A stretch of 64,000 bases of DNA from Cyanobacteriota bacterium (GTDB taxonomy: Bacteria; Cyanobacteriota; Cyanobacteriia; Cyanobacteriales; Nostocaceae). This document shows positions 1-11,293 of the stretch, piece after piece. The translations under genes and the position numbers were made by a program. Positions within the stretch are counted from its first letter, which is position 1; every line of letters starts with the position of its first letter. The stretch covers positions 35,281 through 99,280 of the forward strand of contig JBJOKS010000024.1 of NCBI GenBank assembly GCA_046045965.1, read 5' to 3'. Under the pieces are notes generated by a model, which was given only the letters and a program-made list of their open reading frames with translations, ran no database searches and was not told the origin of the DNA.

Positions 1-508
1 AAAGATGTCCTTTTTCATTTGCTGTCAAAGGTTGATATTCTCCATCTAATAAATGAAAACCTGCAAATTCTAAAGTATAAGGATCAAACCAAAAATAATC
101 CGGTGTACGGAAAGTATTTTGATAAAGTTCTTTTTTAAATTCTTTATCTGTATTTGCTGTAGTTGGTGAGAGAATTTCTAAAATGAAATTGGGATATTTA
201 CCATCTTCTTCCCAAACTACCCAACTTTTACGGGTTTTGCGTTCAGTTCCTGAGACAACAAAGAAATCTGGACCACGGAAATATTCTGATTTTTTCTGAT
301 TGGGACTATAGTAAATAGTCAGATTTCCAGCAGCATAGAAATCATTTCTACCTTTCCACAACCATTCCAGACATTTGAAAAGTAGGATTATTTGTCTGAG
401 ATGCAGTTCTGTTTCCACGGGAGGTTCATCACTATATAAATCACCAGGGGGAAAAATCACATCTTGGGAGATGTTTTCCTGTATTTCTTTTTCTTGTGCA
501 ATGATCAT
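1..508 (-). CDS. Uma2 family (DUF820) endonuclease, 3' end runs off the window
   Basis: Manual translation from ATG at 508: MIIAQEKEIQENISQDVIFPPGDLYSDEPPVETELHLRQI...FRGPDFFVV, typical of the cyanobacterial Uma2 subfamily. Absent from the ORF track because it is incomplete. Confidence 0.85.
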   Translation of the reverse strand, partial: MIIAQEKEIQENISQDVIFPPGDLYSDEPPVETELHLRQIILLFKCLEWLWKGRNDFYAAGNLTIYYSPNQKKSEYFRGPDFFVVSGTERKTRKSWVVWEEDGKYPNFILEILSPTTANTDKEFKKELYQNTFRTPDYFWFDPYTLEFAGFHLLDGEYQPLTANEKGHL

Positions 509-560
509 AATTTTGATATAGCATCAAGTTGTAATTGTTTGATTATAACATTTATTTGCA

Positions 561-819
561 TTTGTCTGAATCAGGATGTCCAGGATTTAAGGATGTTCAG
601 GATTAATACCAAAAAAATAACCAGGTTTTAATCATCAGATTATGTTGATTTTTATCTGACTTGACTAAATTTTAAAATATCTAAATTATGTTTTTTGATT
701 TATAACAAAAATTAAGTTTGATTTAATTATGATAATTTCAAAAATTAACTCCTCAAAATAATTAACTGAAAAAACACATCCTGAACATCCTTAAATCCTG
801 GATATCCTGATGCTGACAA
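561..819. repeat. Inverted pair of 43-bp dispersed repeat R1 (TTTGTCTGAATCAGGATRTCCAGGATTWAAGGATTWACAGGAT) enclosing an AT-rich spacer
   Basis: Copy on + at 561-603, copy on - at 778-819. Confidence 0.85.
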
Positions 820-823
820 TAAA

Positions 824-856
824 AGTTGGGTTGCGCTGTTGCTTAACCCAACCTAC
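824..856. repeat. REP-like palindrome (GTTGGGTT-N-AACCCAACCTAC) downstream of rca
   Basis: gttgggtt gcgctgttgctt aacccaac hairpin. Confidence 0.6.
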
Positions 857-859
857 TTT

Positions 860-2092
860 CTATCTTCCGTTAGGACGCTGAATAATTGTTTCTACAACCC
901 GACGTTTTGCTTGCGGATCAACACCTACTAAACGTACATACTCACCACTATATTCACCTAAACAAGATTCCAAAGTTGAGATCGCATCAGACTCACCATC
1001 TATCTGTAAATTACCGCAACTTTGCCATGAACCTGTACGAAAACGTCTTTCATCAACGTGTTCTATTCCAATCTTATAACCTTGGGATAAAATCTGGCGA
1101 ATTTGTGATTGTGTCTCTAAACTTAAATGACTTTTATTTGTAGTTTGGCTAATTTCAGGTTGACTAATTGGAGTTTCCAAAACCGGAGATTTAGATTGAT
1201 AACCCCTACCCCGATTCAGTCTATTATATTCATCAACTAAATGAGAAGTTTCCACCCGTTTTTGTTCACCCACCATAAAATTACCAGCTTCAATTAAATG
1301 GGATAAACTGAAATCAGGCTTTTTAAATTCTGGTGGTGCTTCTGCACTATTTACCACCCGCATAGATATTTTTTCAAACCCTACTTTATAAATAAATTCG
1401 CGGATTTGTTCATCATAAATTCGAGAACGCACAGCACTAAAAAAGTCAACCGATTGATGAGCAAAAGTATCTACAAACTGTTCAATTTCCCGTTGTGAAA
1501 GTCCATCTTCAGCAAAAATTCCCCCCACAATTCCTACCTTATCATCGCGGTTGGGGTCCCAGTAAAATTTCTCCATTCTTCCATCTCTAATTAATGGTGC
1601 GTAAAGAGTAGAAAAATCATTACCTGTAACAATTATTGGTACACGACGAATAGGGTTTGAATCATAACTTCCTGGTAATTGTACATCAGTGGGATTATCA
1701 GCAATATTCATCAATGTTGCATTTACCAATTGGGTATTAACTGTATATTGAGTTCCTTCGTCAAAGCGTCCCGCACCAGCATCCAAATCATTAATCATCA
1801 GGACGCACATTTTACCGCGCACTTTCACTAATTCTGCTGTTTCACGATAACGGAGACGAATTAACCGCGCTGGATCTCCCGCATCTGGACTTTCTAATTC
1901 TCCTCCAGATATCAGCGTTGTCTCTATCCCCATTTTTTCAAACGCTAACTCACATTGAAAAGATTTACCCTCTCCTTTGCGTCCATGAATACCTAAAATT
2001 AAGGGAACTCGGATACCAGGAATATTTAAAAAGTTCTTGGTGATGTGAACAGCAAGTTTATCAAGAAACCGAGGGGAGATGTAGTAACCCAT
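860..2092 (-). CDS. rca: Rubisco activase-like AAA+ protein with C-terminal RbcS-like (SSUL) domain
   Basis: Walker A GRKGEGKS; INDLDAGAGRF; DGRMEKFYW; C-terminal EHVDERRFRTGSWQSC...EYVRLVGVDPQAKRRV (CcmM-type repeat). Confidence 0.95.
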   Translation of the reverse strand: MGYYISPRFLDKLAVHITKNFLNIPGIRVPLILGIHGRKGEGKSFQCELAFEKMGIETTLISGGELESPDAGDPARLIRLRYRETAELVKVRGKMCVLMINDLDAGAGRFDEGTQYTVNTQLVNATLMNIADNPTDVQLPGSYDSNPIRRVPIIVTGNDFSTLYAPLIRDGRMEKFYWDPNRDDKVGIVGGIFAEDGLSQREIEQFVDTFAHQSVDFFSAVRSRIYDEQIREFIYKVGFEKISMRVVNSAEAPPEFKKPDFSLSHLIEAGNFMVGEQKRVETSHLVDEYNRLNRGRGYQSKSPVLETPISQPEISQTTNKSHLSLETQSQIRQILSQGYKIGIEHVDERRFRTGSWQSCGNLQIDGESDAISTLESCLGEYSGEYVRLVGVDPQAKRRVVETIIQRPNGR

Positions 2093-2289
2093 AAATTTAT
2101 CACTATTTATCGCTATGTTTGACCTATTAAGATTATGTTAATTTTTTTTGGTGACAATGTGATATTTTTTTGATTTTCCGTTCCAGATGCAGAAAACAGG
2201 GCGAATACCCTATAATATATTTACTTTATTATGCAATCTCAATAATTTTCGCTCTCATCTAGTAGAAAATCAATCTACAGAATCAGAAA

Positions 2290-2733
2290 ATGACTACCAT
2301 CATTGACATCAAGCAATTATATGAATGCAATTACCTGGAATGGTTAGAGGAGACTATTAAATGTCTCCAGTCTCAGCAATTATCAGATATTGACTATGAA
2401 AATTTAATAGCAGAGTTAGAAGAGTTGGCCAAGAACGAAAAAAGAAGAGTAAGAAGTCTGCTGGAACAGATTATTAGACATTTATTGCTTTATCAATATT
2501 GGGATTTAGAAAAATCTAGAAATGCCAATCATTGGGCAGCAGAAATTATTAGTTTTCGTAATCAAATAAATGAAGATTTAACTGCTAATTTACGCAATCA
2601 TTTGGATGAGAATTTTAGCTTAATTTATAGTAATGCTTTAGATTATGTCAAAGCTAAAACAAATCTCACTACTTTACCTGAATTATGTCCTTATACATTA
2701 GTTCAAGTTTTGGATAAAAACTGGTTGCCTTAA
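2290..2733 (+). CDS. DUF29 family protein
   Basis: LYECNYLEW...DYENLIAELEELAKNEKR...HLLLYQYW...LPELCPYTLVQVLDKNWLP. Confidence 0.9.
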   Translation: MTTIIDIKQLYECNYLEWLEETIKCLQSQQLSDIDYENLIAELEELAKNEKRRVRSLLEQIIRHLLLYQYWDLEKSRNANHWAAEIISFRNQINEDLTANLRNHLDENFSLIYSNALDYVKAKTNLTTLPELCPYTLVQVLDKNWLP

Positions 2734-3497
2734 TTTTCCACCACCGTCCATCCCAAACTCGTAGACTGTTTATAAACCTTCTTCAAGGTATTCACATCTC
2801 TAGTAGAAATAGTGGGAGGTTTACGAACTTGAGCAAAATAAAGTGCATCAGTTTGTAATGAACTATGACCCCAAATTCCTAAAGCGTGGCCGAGTTCATG
2901 ACGTGCTGCTGCTTGTAAATATTCCCCTGTTTGACTAGGACTTAACAGAATAGTAAACCGGTGAAATAAGATATTGTTCTGATGCTTTTGATTGTATAAT
3001 TCGTAGGTTGTTAATGCAGAACGCGCACGAGGAATTTTACTACCAGGTTCAATTTGTAAAGGTGGAGATTTTCGGAGAATTGTAATATCTGCCATTTCTG
3101 AATTTTCAACTACCTGCAAAGGTAAATAAATATTCCATTCCTGTACAGTTTGTAAAACATTATTAACCCATACTTGCGATTGTTTTTCACTTATTCCCGT
3201 GGGTGTTTCTATCTTCACTTTGACTGGAAAACTTGACCAAATTAAATAACCAACTTTAGTAGGTTTAATGTTATCGAAATAATCTCCACTGTTGGTTTTA
3301 TCCTGCCACTTTTCCAAAGTAGGTGGTAATGGATGGGGTTTTTGTTGATAGGAATTCTGGGTAATAGCGTTAGTTTGGAAATTAGTTAAAATAACTAACA
3401 GTCCTGTACTTATGAATAAAGTCAGAACTGTTAATAATCTCCGCCAAAATAATTTATTTTGGATTTTATATATTGGCTTTTGGGTGATGTTCCCCAT
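2730..3497 (-). CDS. Zn metallopeptidase (matrixin/M10-like), membrane-anchored
   Basis: HELGHALGIWGHS motif, N-terminal TM segment. Confidence 0.85.
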   Translation of the reverse strand: MGNITQKPIYKIQNKLFWRRLLTVLTLFISTGLLVILTNFQTNAITQNSYQQKPHPLPPTLEKWQDKTNSGDYFDNIKPTKVGYLIWSSFPVKVKIETPTGISEKQSQVWVNNVLQTVQEWNIYLPLQVVENSEMADITILRKSPPLQIEPGSKIPRARSALTTYELYNQKHQNNILFHRFTILLSPSQTGEYLQAAARHELGHALGIWGHSSLQTDALYFAQVRKPPTISTRDVNTLKKVYKQSTSLGWTVVEN

Positions 3498-3503
3498 TTT
3501 TAC

Positions 3504-3737
3504 TTATTTAGGTAGCCAATTAGCACTTAAAACCACTGTTAAACCGAGGAAAATTACTACTAGCGCCCAAGTAACACGATTTAATGTGTTTTCTGCGCTT
3601 TTGGTGCTGCTAAAAAGTTGAGCTTGTCCACCAATAGCACCGATACCATCACCTTTAGGGCTATGTAATAAAACCAGTACAATTAAACCTAAAGCCGAGA
3701 ACGCCCAAATTCCTTGTACGATGCTAGTAACTGTCAT
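3504..3737 (-). CDS. secG: Preprotein translocase subunit SecG
   Basis: LVLLHSPKGDGIGAIGG...SAENTLNRVTW; adjacent to gpmI as usual in cyanobacteria. Confidence 0.95.
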   Translation of the reverse strand: MTVTSIVQGIWAFSALGLIVLVLLHSPKGDGIGAIGGQAQLFSSTKSAENTLNRVTWALVVIFLGLTVVLSANWLPK

Positions 3738-3863
3738 ACGCTATTAAAAATTCCTAAAGATGTGACTGAATATAATTTAAAGTAGCACGCCGATTAAAAA
3801 TTTGTTAATCCCAATTTTATCTAAAGCTGTACAGAATCATCAAATCCATGAATTCATCTCTAT

Positions 3864-3896
3864 TTATCTGCGTTCATCTGCGTTCATCTGCGTTTA
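3864..3896 (+). repeat. ATCTGCGTTY x3 decamer repeat (other copies 38063-38092, 57560-57590, inverse 58639-58667)
   Basis: tatctgcgttcatctgcgttcatctgcgttt. Confidence 0.8.
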
Positions 3897-3931
3897 ATTT
3901 ATATTTAGATATTATTTGCAGCGAAGAAAAT

Positions 3932-3954
3932 ATGGCTTACGCCACGCTGCGCTA
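3932..3954 (+). mobile_element. 23-nt small dispersed repeat (SDR-like) ATGGCTTACGCCACGCTGCGCTA
   Basis: 22/23 identical to 37803-37825; removal restores the hairpin AGCGAA-GAAAA-TTCGCT. Confidence 0.75.
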
Positions 3955-4059
3955 TCGCTACTACACAAACAAATTTCACCTGCGTGGACTTGATAAAAAA
4001 AACCTGCGAAGGCAGGTTTCGTCTGTGTAGCCGCGATTTATCATCGCTGGAAGGTTGTT

Positions 4060-5658
4060 TTACAACCCTGCTTGTACAGGAGTACGAGTCAGTTGTAAAT
4101 CATATTCTGCGGCTTGGAGGAGCGATCGCCCTGTCATTTCTGGAGGCTGGGGTAGCTGTAAAATATCCAGAATAGTGGGAGCAATATCGGCTAATTTGCC
4201 ATCATTCCGCAAATCCACATTTGTACCATATCCAGGTATTTTGACTTTTTCCCCTTCTACCAAGATGAAGGGAACAGGGTTAGTGGTATGCGCCGTCCAA
4301 GGATTACCGTCATCATCTAGCATATACTCAGCATTGCCGTGATCAGCAGTAATAATTGCCGTCCCCCCAGCTTTGCCAATACTATCTATCAGACGACCTA
4401 AACAGCGATCCACAGTTTCAATTGCGGTGACAGTAGCTTCTACCAGTCCTGTATGCCCTACCATGTCAGGGTTAGCATAATTCATCACCACAAGAGAGTA
4501 GATGCCCTTTTCAATTGCAGCGATCGCTACATCCGTCACTGCTTTTGCTGACATTGCCGGTTCTTTGTCATAGGTGGCCACCATCGGACTACTGACCAGT
4601 TCCCGGTCTTCTCCCTCACAAGGTTCTTCCAGTCCCCCATTAAAGAAATAGGTGACATGAGCATATTTTTCGGTTTCCGCAGTCCGAAACTGTTTGAGAC
4701 CATGATTTGCAATAACTTCACCCAGAATATTCGTCAAGTTCTGGGGAGTAAAGGCCACAGATACAGGTAATTCTGGGTCATATTGGGTAAACGTCACGAA
4801 AGACAGCGGTGTAATTTGTTGTCTTTCAAAACCCTGAAAATCAGAACTAACAAAAGCTTGAGTTAATTGTCTGGCGCGGTCGGGACGGAAATTGAAAAAT
4901 ATCACCCCATCTCCAGGTGCAACTGCGCCAGGAGCAATTCTAACAGGATCAATAAACTCGTCGGTTACGCCTTCAGAATAGGATGTTTGCAAGACCTCTA
5001 AGGCCGTGAGTCCATTACCAGATCCATCCTGTGCCATCACATCGTAGGCGCGTTGGACTCGATCCCAACGGCGATCGCGATCCATTGCATAATAACGACC
5101 GCTAACAGTGACTATCTGCCCTATTTCCACGCGGTCTATATAGTCTTGCAAATGCTGGATGGCTTTAATGCCATCGCTTGGTGGTGTGTCACGCCCGTCT
5201 GTAATAGCGTGAATACATACTTGTGAAAGTTGCTGTGACTTGGCTAAGTCAAGTAGTCCAAATAGATGGGTAAGATGCGAATGTACCCCCCCGTCAGAAC
5301 AAAGCCCGACTAGATGTAACTTGCCATTTCGAGAGCGAACTTCCTGGCAAATTTTGACAAGTGCTGGGTTAGCGGCTAGAGAACCGTCTTCAACCGCATC
5401 CGAGATGCGTACCAGTTCTTGGGGAACCACACGCCCAGCGCCAATATTCAAATGACCAACTTCCGAGTTGCCCATTTGACCTTCTGGCAACCCTACGGCT
5501 TTTCCTGATGTGCGGATGAGGGTGTGGGGATAAGCTGCCCATAAACTGTCCATGATTGGAGTTTTAGCAGCCGCGATCGCGTTTCCTCGCTTGTCCTCAC
5601 AGTAGCCCCATCCATCTAAAATGACTAGCACCACAGGAGCAACAGGTGCTTTGGTCAT
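4060..5658 (-). CDS. gpmI: 2,3-bisphosphoglycerate-independent phosphoglycerate mutase
   Basis: ILDGWG, GQMGNSEVGH, GRYYAMDRD, ETEKYAHVT, NPDMVGHTG, TADHGNAE. Confidence 0.98.
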   Translation of the reverse strand: MTKAPVAPVVLVILDGWGYCEDKRGNAIAAAKTPIMDSLWAAYPHTLIRTSGKAVGLPEGQMGNSEVGHLNIGAGRVVPQELVRISDAVEDGSLAANPALVKICQEVRSRNGKLHLVGLCSDGGVHSHLTHLFGLLDLAKSQQLSQVCIHAITDGRDTPPSDGIKAIQHLQDYIDRVEIGQIVTVSGRYYAMDRDRRWDRVQRAYDVMAQDGSGNGLTALEVLQTSYSEGVTDEFIDPVRIAPGAVAPGDGVIFFNFRPDRARQLTQAFVSSDFQGFERQQITPLSFVTFTQYDPELPVSVAFTPQNLTNILGEVIANHGLKQFRTAETEKYAHVTYFFNGGLEEPCEGEDRELVSSPMVATYDKEPAMSAKAVTDVAIAAIEKGIYSLVVMNYANPDMVGHTGLVEATVTAIETVDRCLGRLIDSIGKAGGTAIITADHGNAEYMLDDDGNPWTAHTTNPVPFILVEGEKVKIPGYGTNVDLRNDGKLADIAPTILDILQLPQPPEMTGRSLLQAAEYDLQLTRTPVQAGL

Positions 5659-5788
5659 AGTAAAATTGCCCTTTACTTTTTGTAATAACCGAATGATACC
5701 ACTACTAACCGCTAGTTGAAGAAAGAAGTTGGAGAATATAGGAGTTACAGGAGTTCAGAATAACCAAACAAAAATTTAATCTATCAAA

Positions 5789-5831
5789 ATCCTGTAAATC
5801 CTTAAATCCTGGATATCCTGATGCTGACAAA
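5789..5831 (-). repeat. R1 dispersed repeat, single copy
   Basis: atcctgtaaatccttaaatcctggatatcctgatgctgacaaa. Confidence 0.85.
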
Positions 5832-5989
5832 AATTACCATTATTTATTAACTAATATCAAAATGTGTGTTTTTTTACGTCTTATAGGGTGATTTCATTGA
5901 AAGCTGGGTAAAATAATAAATATAGATAGGTCATGACCAACCTATAGAGAAATATCTAGAAAAAACAAAATATCAGGAGGTCAACAGTT

Positions 5990-8900
5990 ATGATAAATAC
6001 AACTGTTGTCTTTATTGACTCCTCTGTCACCGACTATGAAACCCTACAGATCGGAGTTGTGAAGGGTGTAGAAACAAGCATCCTTAACCCAAATCAAAAC
6101 GGTATCCAACAAATTACCCAGGTTTTACAACAGCATCCCCAGGTTAACACCATTCACATCGTTTCACATGGTTCTCCCGGATGTTTATATTTAGGCAATA
6201 GTAAACTTAATTTAGAAAATTTACAGGTTTATAAACCACTTATTGCCCATTGGAACGTTAAAAATATTATTCTCTATGGTTGTAATCTAGCTGCTGGTGA
6301 TGCTGGTTCAGAATTTATTGCCAAATTACATCAAATCACAAAAGCGAAAATTGCCGCTTCAACCCAAAAGGTAGGAAATACAGCTTTAGGAGGAAATTGG
6401 GAATTACAGAACTTCCACGCTGCGGGAGATCAAACCCTCGCTTTTCATGCTGAAACTCTAGCAGCCTATCAAGGATTATTTGTACCTACATTAGTGGGAC
6501 AATGGGATGCTCTAAGTTATGCAAATGCTGTGACAGTTGCGGGTAATTACGCCTATGCTGTGGGAGATAAACTGGAAATAATTGATATTAGTAACTCCAG
6601 TAACCCGGTTGTTAAAAGCAGTTATGATATTACTAACGGTCAGAGTATACAAGTAGTTGGTAACTACGCTTATATAGCTGATGGAGACTCAGGACTGCAA
6701 ATTATAGACATCAGTAACCCCATTGCCCCCATCTTCATAGCGAATTATGATACATCAGGCTTCGCTAATCGTGTGCAAGTAGTTAATAACTATGCTTATG
6801 TAGCTGACGATAGTTCAGGACTGCAAATTATAGATATCACAAATCCGATTTCTCCCACTCTCAAGGGGTATTATGAAACATCAGGACGAGCTTACAGTGT
6901 ACAGATAGTAGGCAGTTACGCTTATGTTGCTAATTATTATTACGGACTGGAAATTATCAACATTAGCAACCCTGCAAACCCCATCCTCAAAGGTAGTTAT
7001 AGCACAGACGGCTATACTTATGGTGTGCAAGTAGTAGGTAGCTACGCTTATCTAGCTAAATCATCAGGATTGGAAATCATCAACATTAGCAACCCCGCAA
7101 ACCCAACCTTTAAAGGTTATTACAATGATTCATCGGGTGATGCTTATAGTTTACAAGTAGTAGGTAGCTACGCTTATCTAACTAATTATTATACCGGACT
7201 GCAAATCATCAACATCAGTAACCCTGCTTTACCTACTTTTAAGGGCAGTTATAATACATCAGGCCATCCTGTCGGTGTACAAATAGTAGGCAGTTATGCT
7301 TATGTAGCTGATGGAGATTCAGGATTACAAATCATCAACATTAGTACCCCCACTTCCCCTACCCTCATAGGAAATTATGATCCATCAGGCAATGCTAAGG
7401 GTGTGCAAGCATTAGGCAATTACGCTTATGTAGCAGAGGGAGATAAAGGACTGCAAATTATAGACATCAGCAACCCTAGCAACCTCATCAAGGTCGGGAA
7501 TTATGATACTTCAGGGATTGCCTCCTCTGTACAAGTAGTTGGTAACTACGCTTATGTAGCTGATGGAGAATCAGGACTAGAAATAATTGACATTAGTAAC
7601 CCTACAAATCCTACTTTCATAGGTAATTATGTTAGATCCCACTATAGTGGTTTTCAAACGGGTGGAGTGCAAGTAGTAGGTGACTATGCTTATGCTGCTA
7701 ATGGCTTGTTAGGACTGGAAATTATTGACATCAGCAACCCTGCTTACCCCTATCAAATAGGATCTTGTAATACCTTTGCATTAGCCAGGTCTGTACAAGT
7801 AGTTGGTAACTATGCCTATGTAGCTAATGACCTACGCGGATTGAAAATTATAGATATCACTAACCCCTCTTCTCCCATCAGCAAAGGTAATTATCAGACT
7901 TCTGGCTATGCTTATGGTGTGAATGTAGTAGGTAACTACGCTTATGTCGCTACTGGTGATGGGCTGGAAATTATCAACATTAGTAACCCATCTGCCCCAA
8001 CTCTCAAGGGTATTTATGATACATCAGGTTTCGCTAATGCCGTGCAAGTAATAGGCAAATACGCTTATGTCGCTGATGGAGATTCAGGATTACAAATCAT
8101 CAATGTTAGTAACCCTGCTGCCCCCGTACTCATGGCAAATTATGATACAGCAGGTTTTGCTAATAGTGTGAATGTATTAGGCAACTATGCTTATGTGGCT
8201 GATGATTCAGGTGGCTTAAAGATTATTGATGTCAGTCAGTATGTCAATCTTCCACAAAACGTCATCATAGGCACAGCCGCTAACAATACCCTCAATGGTA
8301 CAGCCAACGCAGATAGGATTGAAGGCTTAGATGGTGCTGATAAACTCTACGGTTTAGCCGACAATGATGATTTATACGGTGGTAATGGTAATGATACCCT
8401 GGATGGTGGTACAGGTACAGATACCATGACTGGTGGTGCTGGTAATGATTCCTACTATGTGGATAATGTAGGAGACAGCATCACAGAAAACCTTAATGAA
8501 GGAACTGATACTGTTTTCAGCACTATCACCTATACATTAGGCAATAACCTAGAAAACCTCACATTAAAAGGTACATCTGCCATTAATGGTACTGGTAACG
8601 ACCTGGCTAATAAGATTACAGGAAATAGTGCCGCTAATACTCTCACTAGTGCTAATGGTAATGATACCCTCAATGGTGGTTTAGGTACAGATACCATGAC
8701 GGGTGGTGCTGGTAATGATTCCTACTATGTGGACAATCTAGGAGATAGTATCACCGAAGCTGCTAGTGCGGGAACGGATACAGTTTTCAGCACTCTTAGT
8801 TACACCTTGGGAAATAACCTAGAAAACCTCACCTTACAAGGAACTTCAGCCATTAATGCTACTGGTAATAGTTTAAATAATACTCTCACAGGTAATGCCG

Positions 8901-9289
8901 CAGCTAATATTCTCACAGGTTACGCAGGTGTAGATACCATTAATGCTAATGCTGGTGCTGATACTTTGATAGGTGGACTTGGTAACGATAAACTCAACTT
9001 GGGTTTAAATGATGCGGTTGTAGATATCGTTAAATATACCTCTGGAGATGGTGCAGATACTATTACTCAGTTTGTGCGTGGTGTAGGTGGTGATCAAATC
9101 CAGTTTACAGGTATTACCAATATAGATGTATTCACATCAGGCACAAGTACACAACTGCGAGTTAGTGATGGGATCACGGGAAATAGTTTTGGTACAGGTA
9201 CGTTATTAGCTACTGTATCAGGAGTAACTGGTTTTATTGCGGCGGATGTGAATGTTAATCTGTTTGGTGCTAATTTCTTTTTTAGTTAA
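5990..9289 (+). CDS. Secreted DUF4347 + 14x LVIVD-repeat + RTX Ca-binding protein
   Basis: N-terminal VFIDSSV...[10 protein letters not shown]...LYGCN...GGNW (DUF4347); 14 VxGxYAYVA...GLxIIDISNP repeats; GGxGxD nonapeptides in the C-terminal part. Confidence 0.9.
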   Translation: MINTTVVFIDSSVTDYETLQIGVVKGVETSILNPNQNGIQQITQVLQQHPQVNTIHIVSHGSPGCLYLGNSKLNLENLQVYKPLIAHWNVKNIILYGCNLAAGDAGSEFIAKLHQITKAKIAASTQKVGNTALGGNWELQNFHAAGDQTLAFHAETLAAYQGLFVPTLVGQWDALSYANAVTVAGNYAYAVGDKLEIIDISNSSNPVVKSSYDITNGQSIQVVGNYAYIADGDSGLQIIDISNPIAPIFIANYDTSGFANRVQVVNNYAYVADDSSGLQIIDITNPISPTLKGYYETSGRAYSVQIVGSYAYVANYYYGLEIINISNPANPILKGSYSTDGYTYGVQVVGSYAYLAKSSGLEIINISNPANPTFKGYYNDSSGDAYSLQVVGSYAYLTNYYTGLQIINISNPALPTFKGSYNTSGHPVGVQIVGSYAYVADGDSGLQIINISTPTSPTLIGNYDPSGNAKGVQALGNYAYVAEGDKGLQIIDISNPSNLIKVGNYDTSGIASSVQVVGNYAYVADGESGLEIIDISNPTNPTFIGNYVRSHYSGFQTGGVQVVGDYAYAANGLLGLEIIDISNPAYPYQIGSCNTFALARSVQVVGNYAYVANDLRGLKIIDITNPSSPISKGNYQTSGYAYGVNVVGNYAYVATGDGLEIINISNPSAPTLKGIYDTSGFANAVQVIGKYAYVADGDSGLQIINVSNPAAPVLMANYDTAGFANSVNVLGNYAYVADDSGGLKIIDVSQYVNLPQNVIIGTAANNTLNGTANADRIEGLDGADKLYGLADNDDLYGGNGNDTLDGGTGTDTMTGGAGNDSYYVDNVGDSITENLNEGTDTVFSTITYTLGNNLENLTLKGTSAINGTGNDLANKITGNSAANTLTSANGNDTLNGGLGTDTMTGGAGNDSYYVDNLGDSITEAASAGTDTVFSTLSYTLGNNLENLTLQGTSAINATGNSLNNTLTGNAAANILTGYAGVDTINANAGADTLIGGLGNDKLNLGLNDAVVDIVKYTSGDGADTITQFVRGVGGDQIQFTGITNIDVFTSGTSTQLRVSDGITGNSFGTGTLLATVSGVTGFIAADVNVNLFGANFFFS

Positions 9290-9335
9290 TTAGCTTACGA
9301 ACTTATATAGATATAATTCAGCCCAAATGATTTAT

Positions 9336-9540
9336 TTTGTCTGAATCAGGATATCCAGGATTAAAGGATTGACAGGATGTGATTTTTAAATTTCTGTTTT
9401 TCCTTTGCGTCTACCCTGCGGGATCTCCTGACGGAGATTGCGTGATATATTATCTTATCTTTAAATTCTGATAAGAACAGAAAATTACACAATAACAATC
9501 CTGAAAATCCTCAAATCTTGGACATCCTGATTCAGACAAA
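9336..9540. repeat. Inverted pair of R1 repeats (9336-9378 +, 9498-9540 -)
   Basis: tttgtctgaatcaggatatccagg... and ...ggacatcctgattcagacaaa. Confidence 0.85.
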
Positions 9541-9542
9541 AA

Positions 9543-9571
9543 AATCCCCAACTTATTAATAGTTGAGGATT
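9543..9571 (-). terminator. Hairpin downstream of the ABC-F gene, probable terminator
   Basis: aatccccaact-tattaat-agttgaggatt followed by a T-run on the minus strand. Confidence 0.55.
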
Positions 9572-9598
9572 GCTAAGTATTAGTTTTTAAAAACCAAC

Positions 9599-11293
9599 CT
9601 ACTTCTTCTTTGCTGTCGCTTTTGCTGCTTTCGCGGCTTTCTTCGCGGCTTTCTCTGCTTCTATTGCTGCCAACTTAGCTTGTTCTTTCTCTTCCTCAAT
9701 TTTACTCAAATAGTAATGATAATCTCCCAAATAAACCCGAAATTCTCCATCCCGAATTTCCACGATTTTGTTAGCTATTTGAGAGATAAAATAACGGTCA
9801 TGGGAAACTACAATGGCTGTACCATCATAATTTTGTAACGCCTCTTCCATCATTTCCTTAGCAGGAATATCTAAGTGATTGGTAGGCTCATCTAAAATGA
9901 TTAAATTCGCTGGACGCAACAGCATTTTTGCTAATGCTAAACGAGCTTTTTCTCCTCCGCTTAACGCCCCAACTTTCTTAAATACTGTGTCACCAGTAAA
10001 TAAAAATCGTCCTAAAAGTGTGCGGACTTCTTCGTTTGTCCAGTCGGGAACTTCATCATGAATTGTTTCCATGACGGTTTTGTTTAAGTCCAAAGCTTCT
10101 GCTTGGTTCTGCTCAAAGTAACCAGGGATAACATTATGATCTCCCAGTTTCACAGTTCCTTCTGTTGCTGGTTCTACACCCATAATCATTTTTAACAGTG
10201 TAGATTTTCCTGCACCGTTGGGACCTAAAAAGGCGATTCTATCACCTCTTTCAATCAGCAAATTAGCACCTAAAAAGAGAATTTTATCTCCATAAACATG
10301 AGTTAAATCTTTAATTTCCACTACTTCCCGGCCGCTGCGAGGTGCGGGAGGGAAACGAAAATGCAGTGTTCTTACTCCGGCAATTGGTGCTTCGATTCTT
10401 TCAATTTTATCTAATTGCTTTTCTCTGCTTTTCGCTTGGGTACTACGGGTGGCACTAGCACGGAATTTATCTACAAACGCCTGTTGCTTTTCTAATTCTT
10501 TTTGTTGGCGTTCAAAAGCGTTAAGTTGTGCAGATTGATTTTCCGCTTTTTGTTGTAAGTAAGAAGAGTAATTACCAAGGTATGTACTAGAAACACCACG
10601 TTCAGTTTCTACAATTTGTGTGCAGAGACGATCAAGAAATTCCCGGTCATGGGAAACTATCACCATTGGGGTAATTAATCCTCTCAGATAATTTTCTAAC
10701 CACTCAATGGTTTCTAAGTCTAAGTGGTTTGTCGGTTCGTCCAGAAGTAACAAATCTGGCTTTTGTAGCAAGATTTTACCTAAACTCATCCGCATTTGCC
10801 AACCACCAGAAAAGGCACTCACCAGGCGATCGCCATCTTCTACTTGAAAGCCCATCTCTGGTAAAATCTTACCAATGCGAGCATCTAAGCCATATCCGTC
10901 TAAAGCTTCAAACTGACGTTGTAATTTATCTAACTTGTTGATCAGTTTATCTAATTCCTCTGGTGTAGCGGTTTCCATATCCCGCTGTACCTCATGCAAA
11001 GCTAATTGTACTGCATTAGCTTCTTTAAAAACTGTCCAAAATTCTTCATTAACGGTGCGGGTTGGATCTACTTCAAACTCTTGGTTCAGGTAGGCTATGT
11101 GCAGGCTGTTAGGGCGGATAATTTGCCCGGAAGTGGGTTCCATTTCCCCAGAGATGATTTTCAGTTGGGTGGACTTTCCCGCACCGTTAACGCCGACTAA
11201 GCCAATGCGATCGCCTGGTTTAACTTCCCAGTTGATATCTTTGAGAACTTCGCCTGTAGGATAAATTTTACTGATATGTTCAAGTCTCAACAT
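9599..11293 (-). CDS. ABC-F family ATP-binding protein
   Basis: Two ABC cassettes (GVNGAGKST/FSGGWQMR/LDEPTNHLD and GPNGAGKST/LSGGEKAR), no TM domain. Confidence 0.95.
   Translation of the reverse strand: MLRLEHISKIYPTGEVLKDINWEVKPGDRIGLVGVNGAGKSTQLKIISGEMEPTSGQIIRPNSLHIAYLNQEFEVDPTRTVNEEFWTVFKEANAVQLALHEVQRDMETATPEELDKLINKLDKLQRQFEALDGYGLDARIGKILPEMGFQVEDGDRLVSAFSGGWQMRMSLGKILLQKPDLLLLDEPTNHLDLETIEWLENYLRGLITPMVIVSHDREFLDRLCTQIVETERGVSSTYLGNYSSYLQQKAENQSAQLNAFERQQKELEKQQAFVDKFRASATRSTQAKSREKQLDKIERIEAPIAGVRTLHFRFPPAPRSGREVVEIKDLTHVYGDKILFLGANLLIERGDRIAFLGPNGAGKSTLLKMIMGVEPATEGTVKLGDHNVIPGYFEQNQAEALDLNKTVMETIHDEVPDWTNEEVRTLLGRFLFTGDTVFKKVGALSGGEKARLALAKMLLRPANLIILDEPTNHLDIPAKEMMEEALQNYDGTAIVVSHDRYFISQIANKIVEIRDGEFRVYLGDYHYYLSKIEEEKEQAKLAAIEAEKAAKKAAKAAKATAKKK

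Noticed and set aside
6500..8240. LVIVD repeats or the trpE duplicate as DGR template/variable repeats
   Set aside because: No reverse transcriptase in the window. LVIVD repeats differ at all base types. The trpE copy's differences are mostly synonymous third positions, and trpE is not a plausible DGR component.
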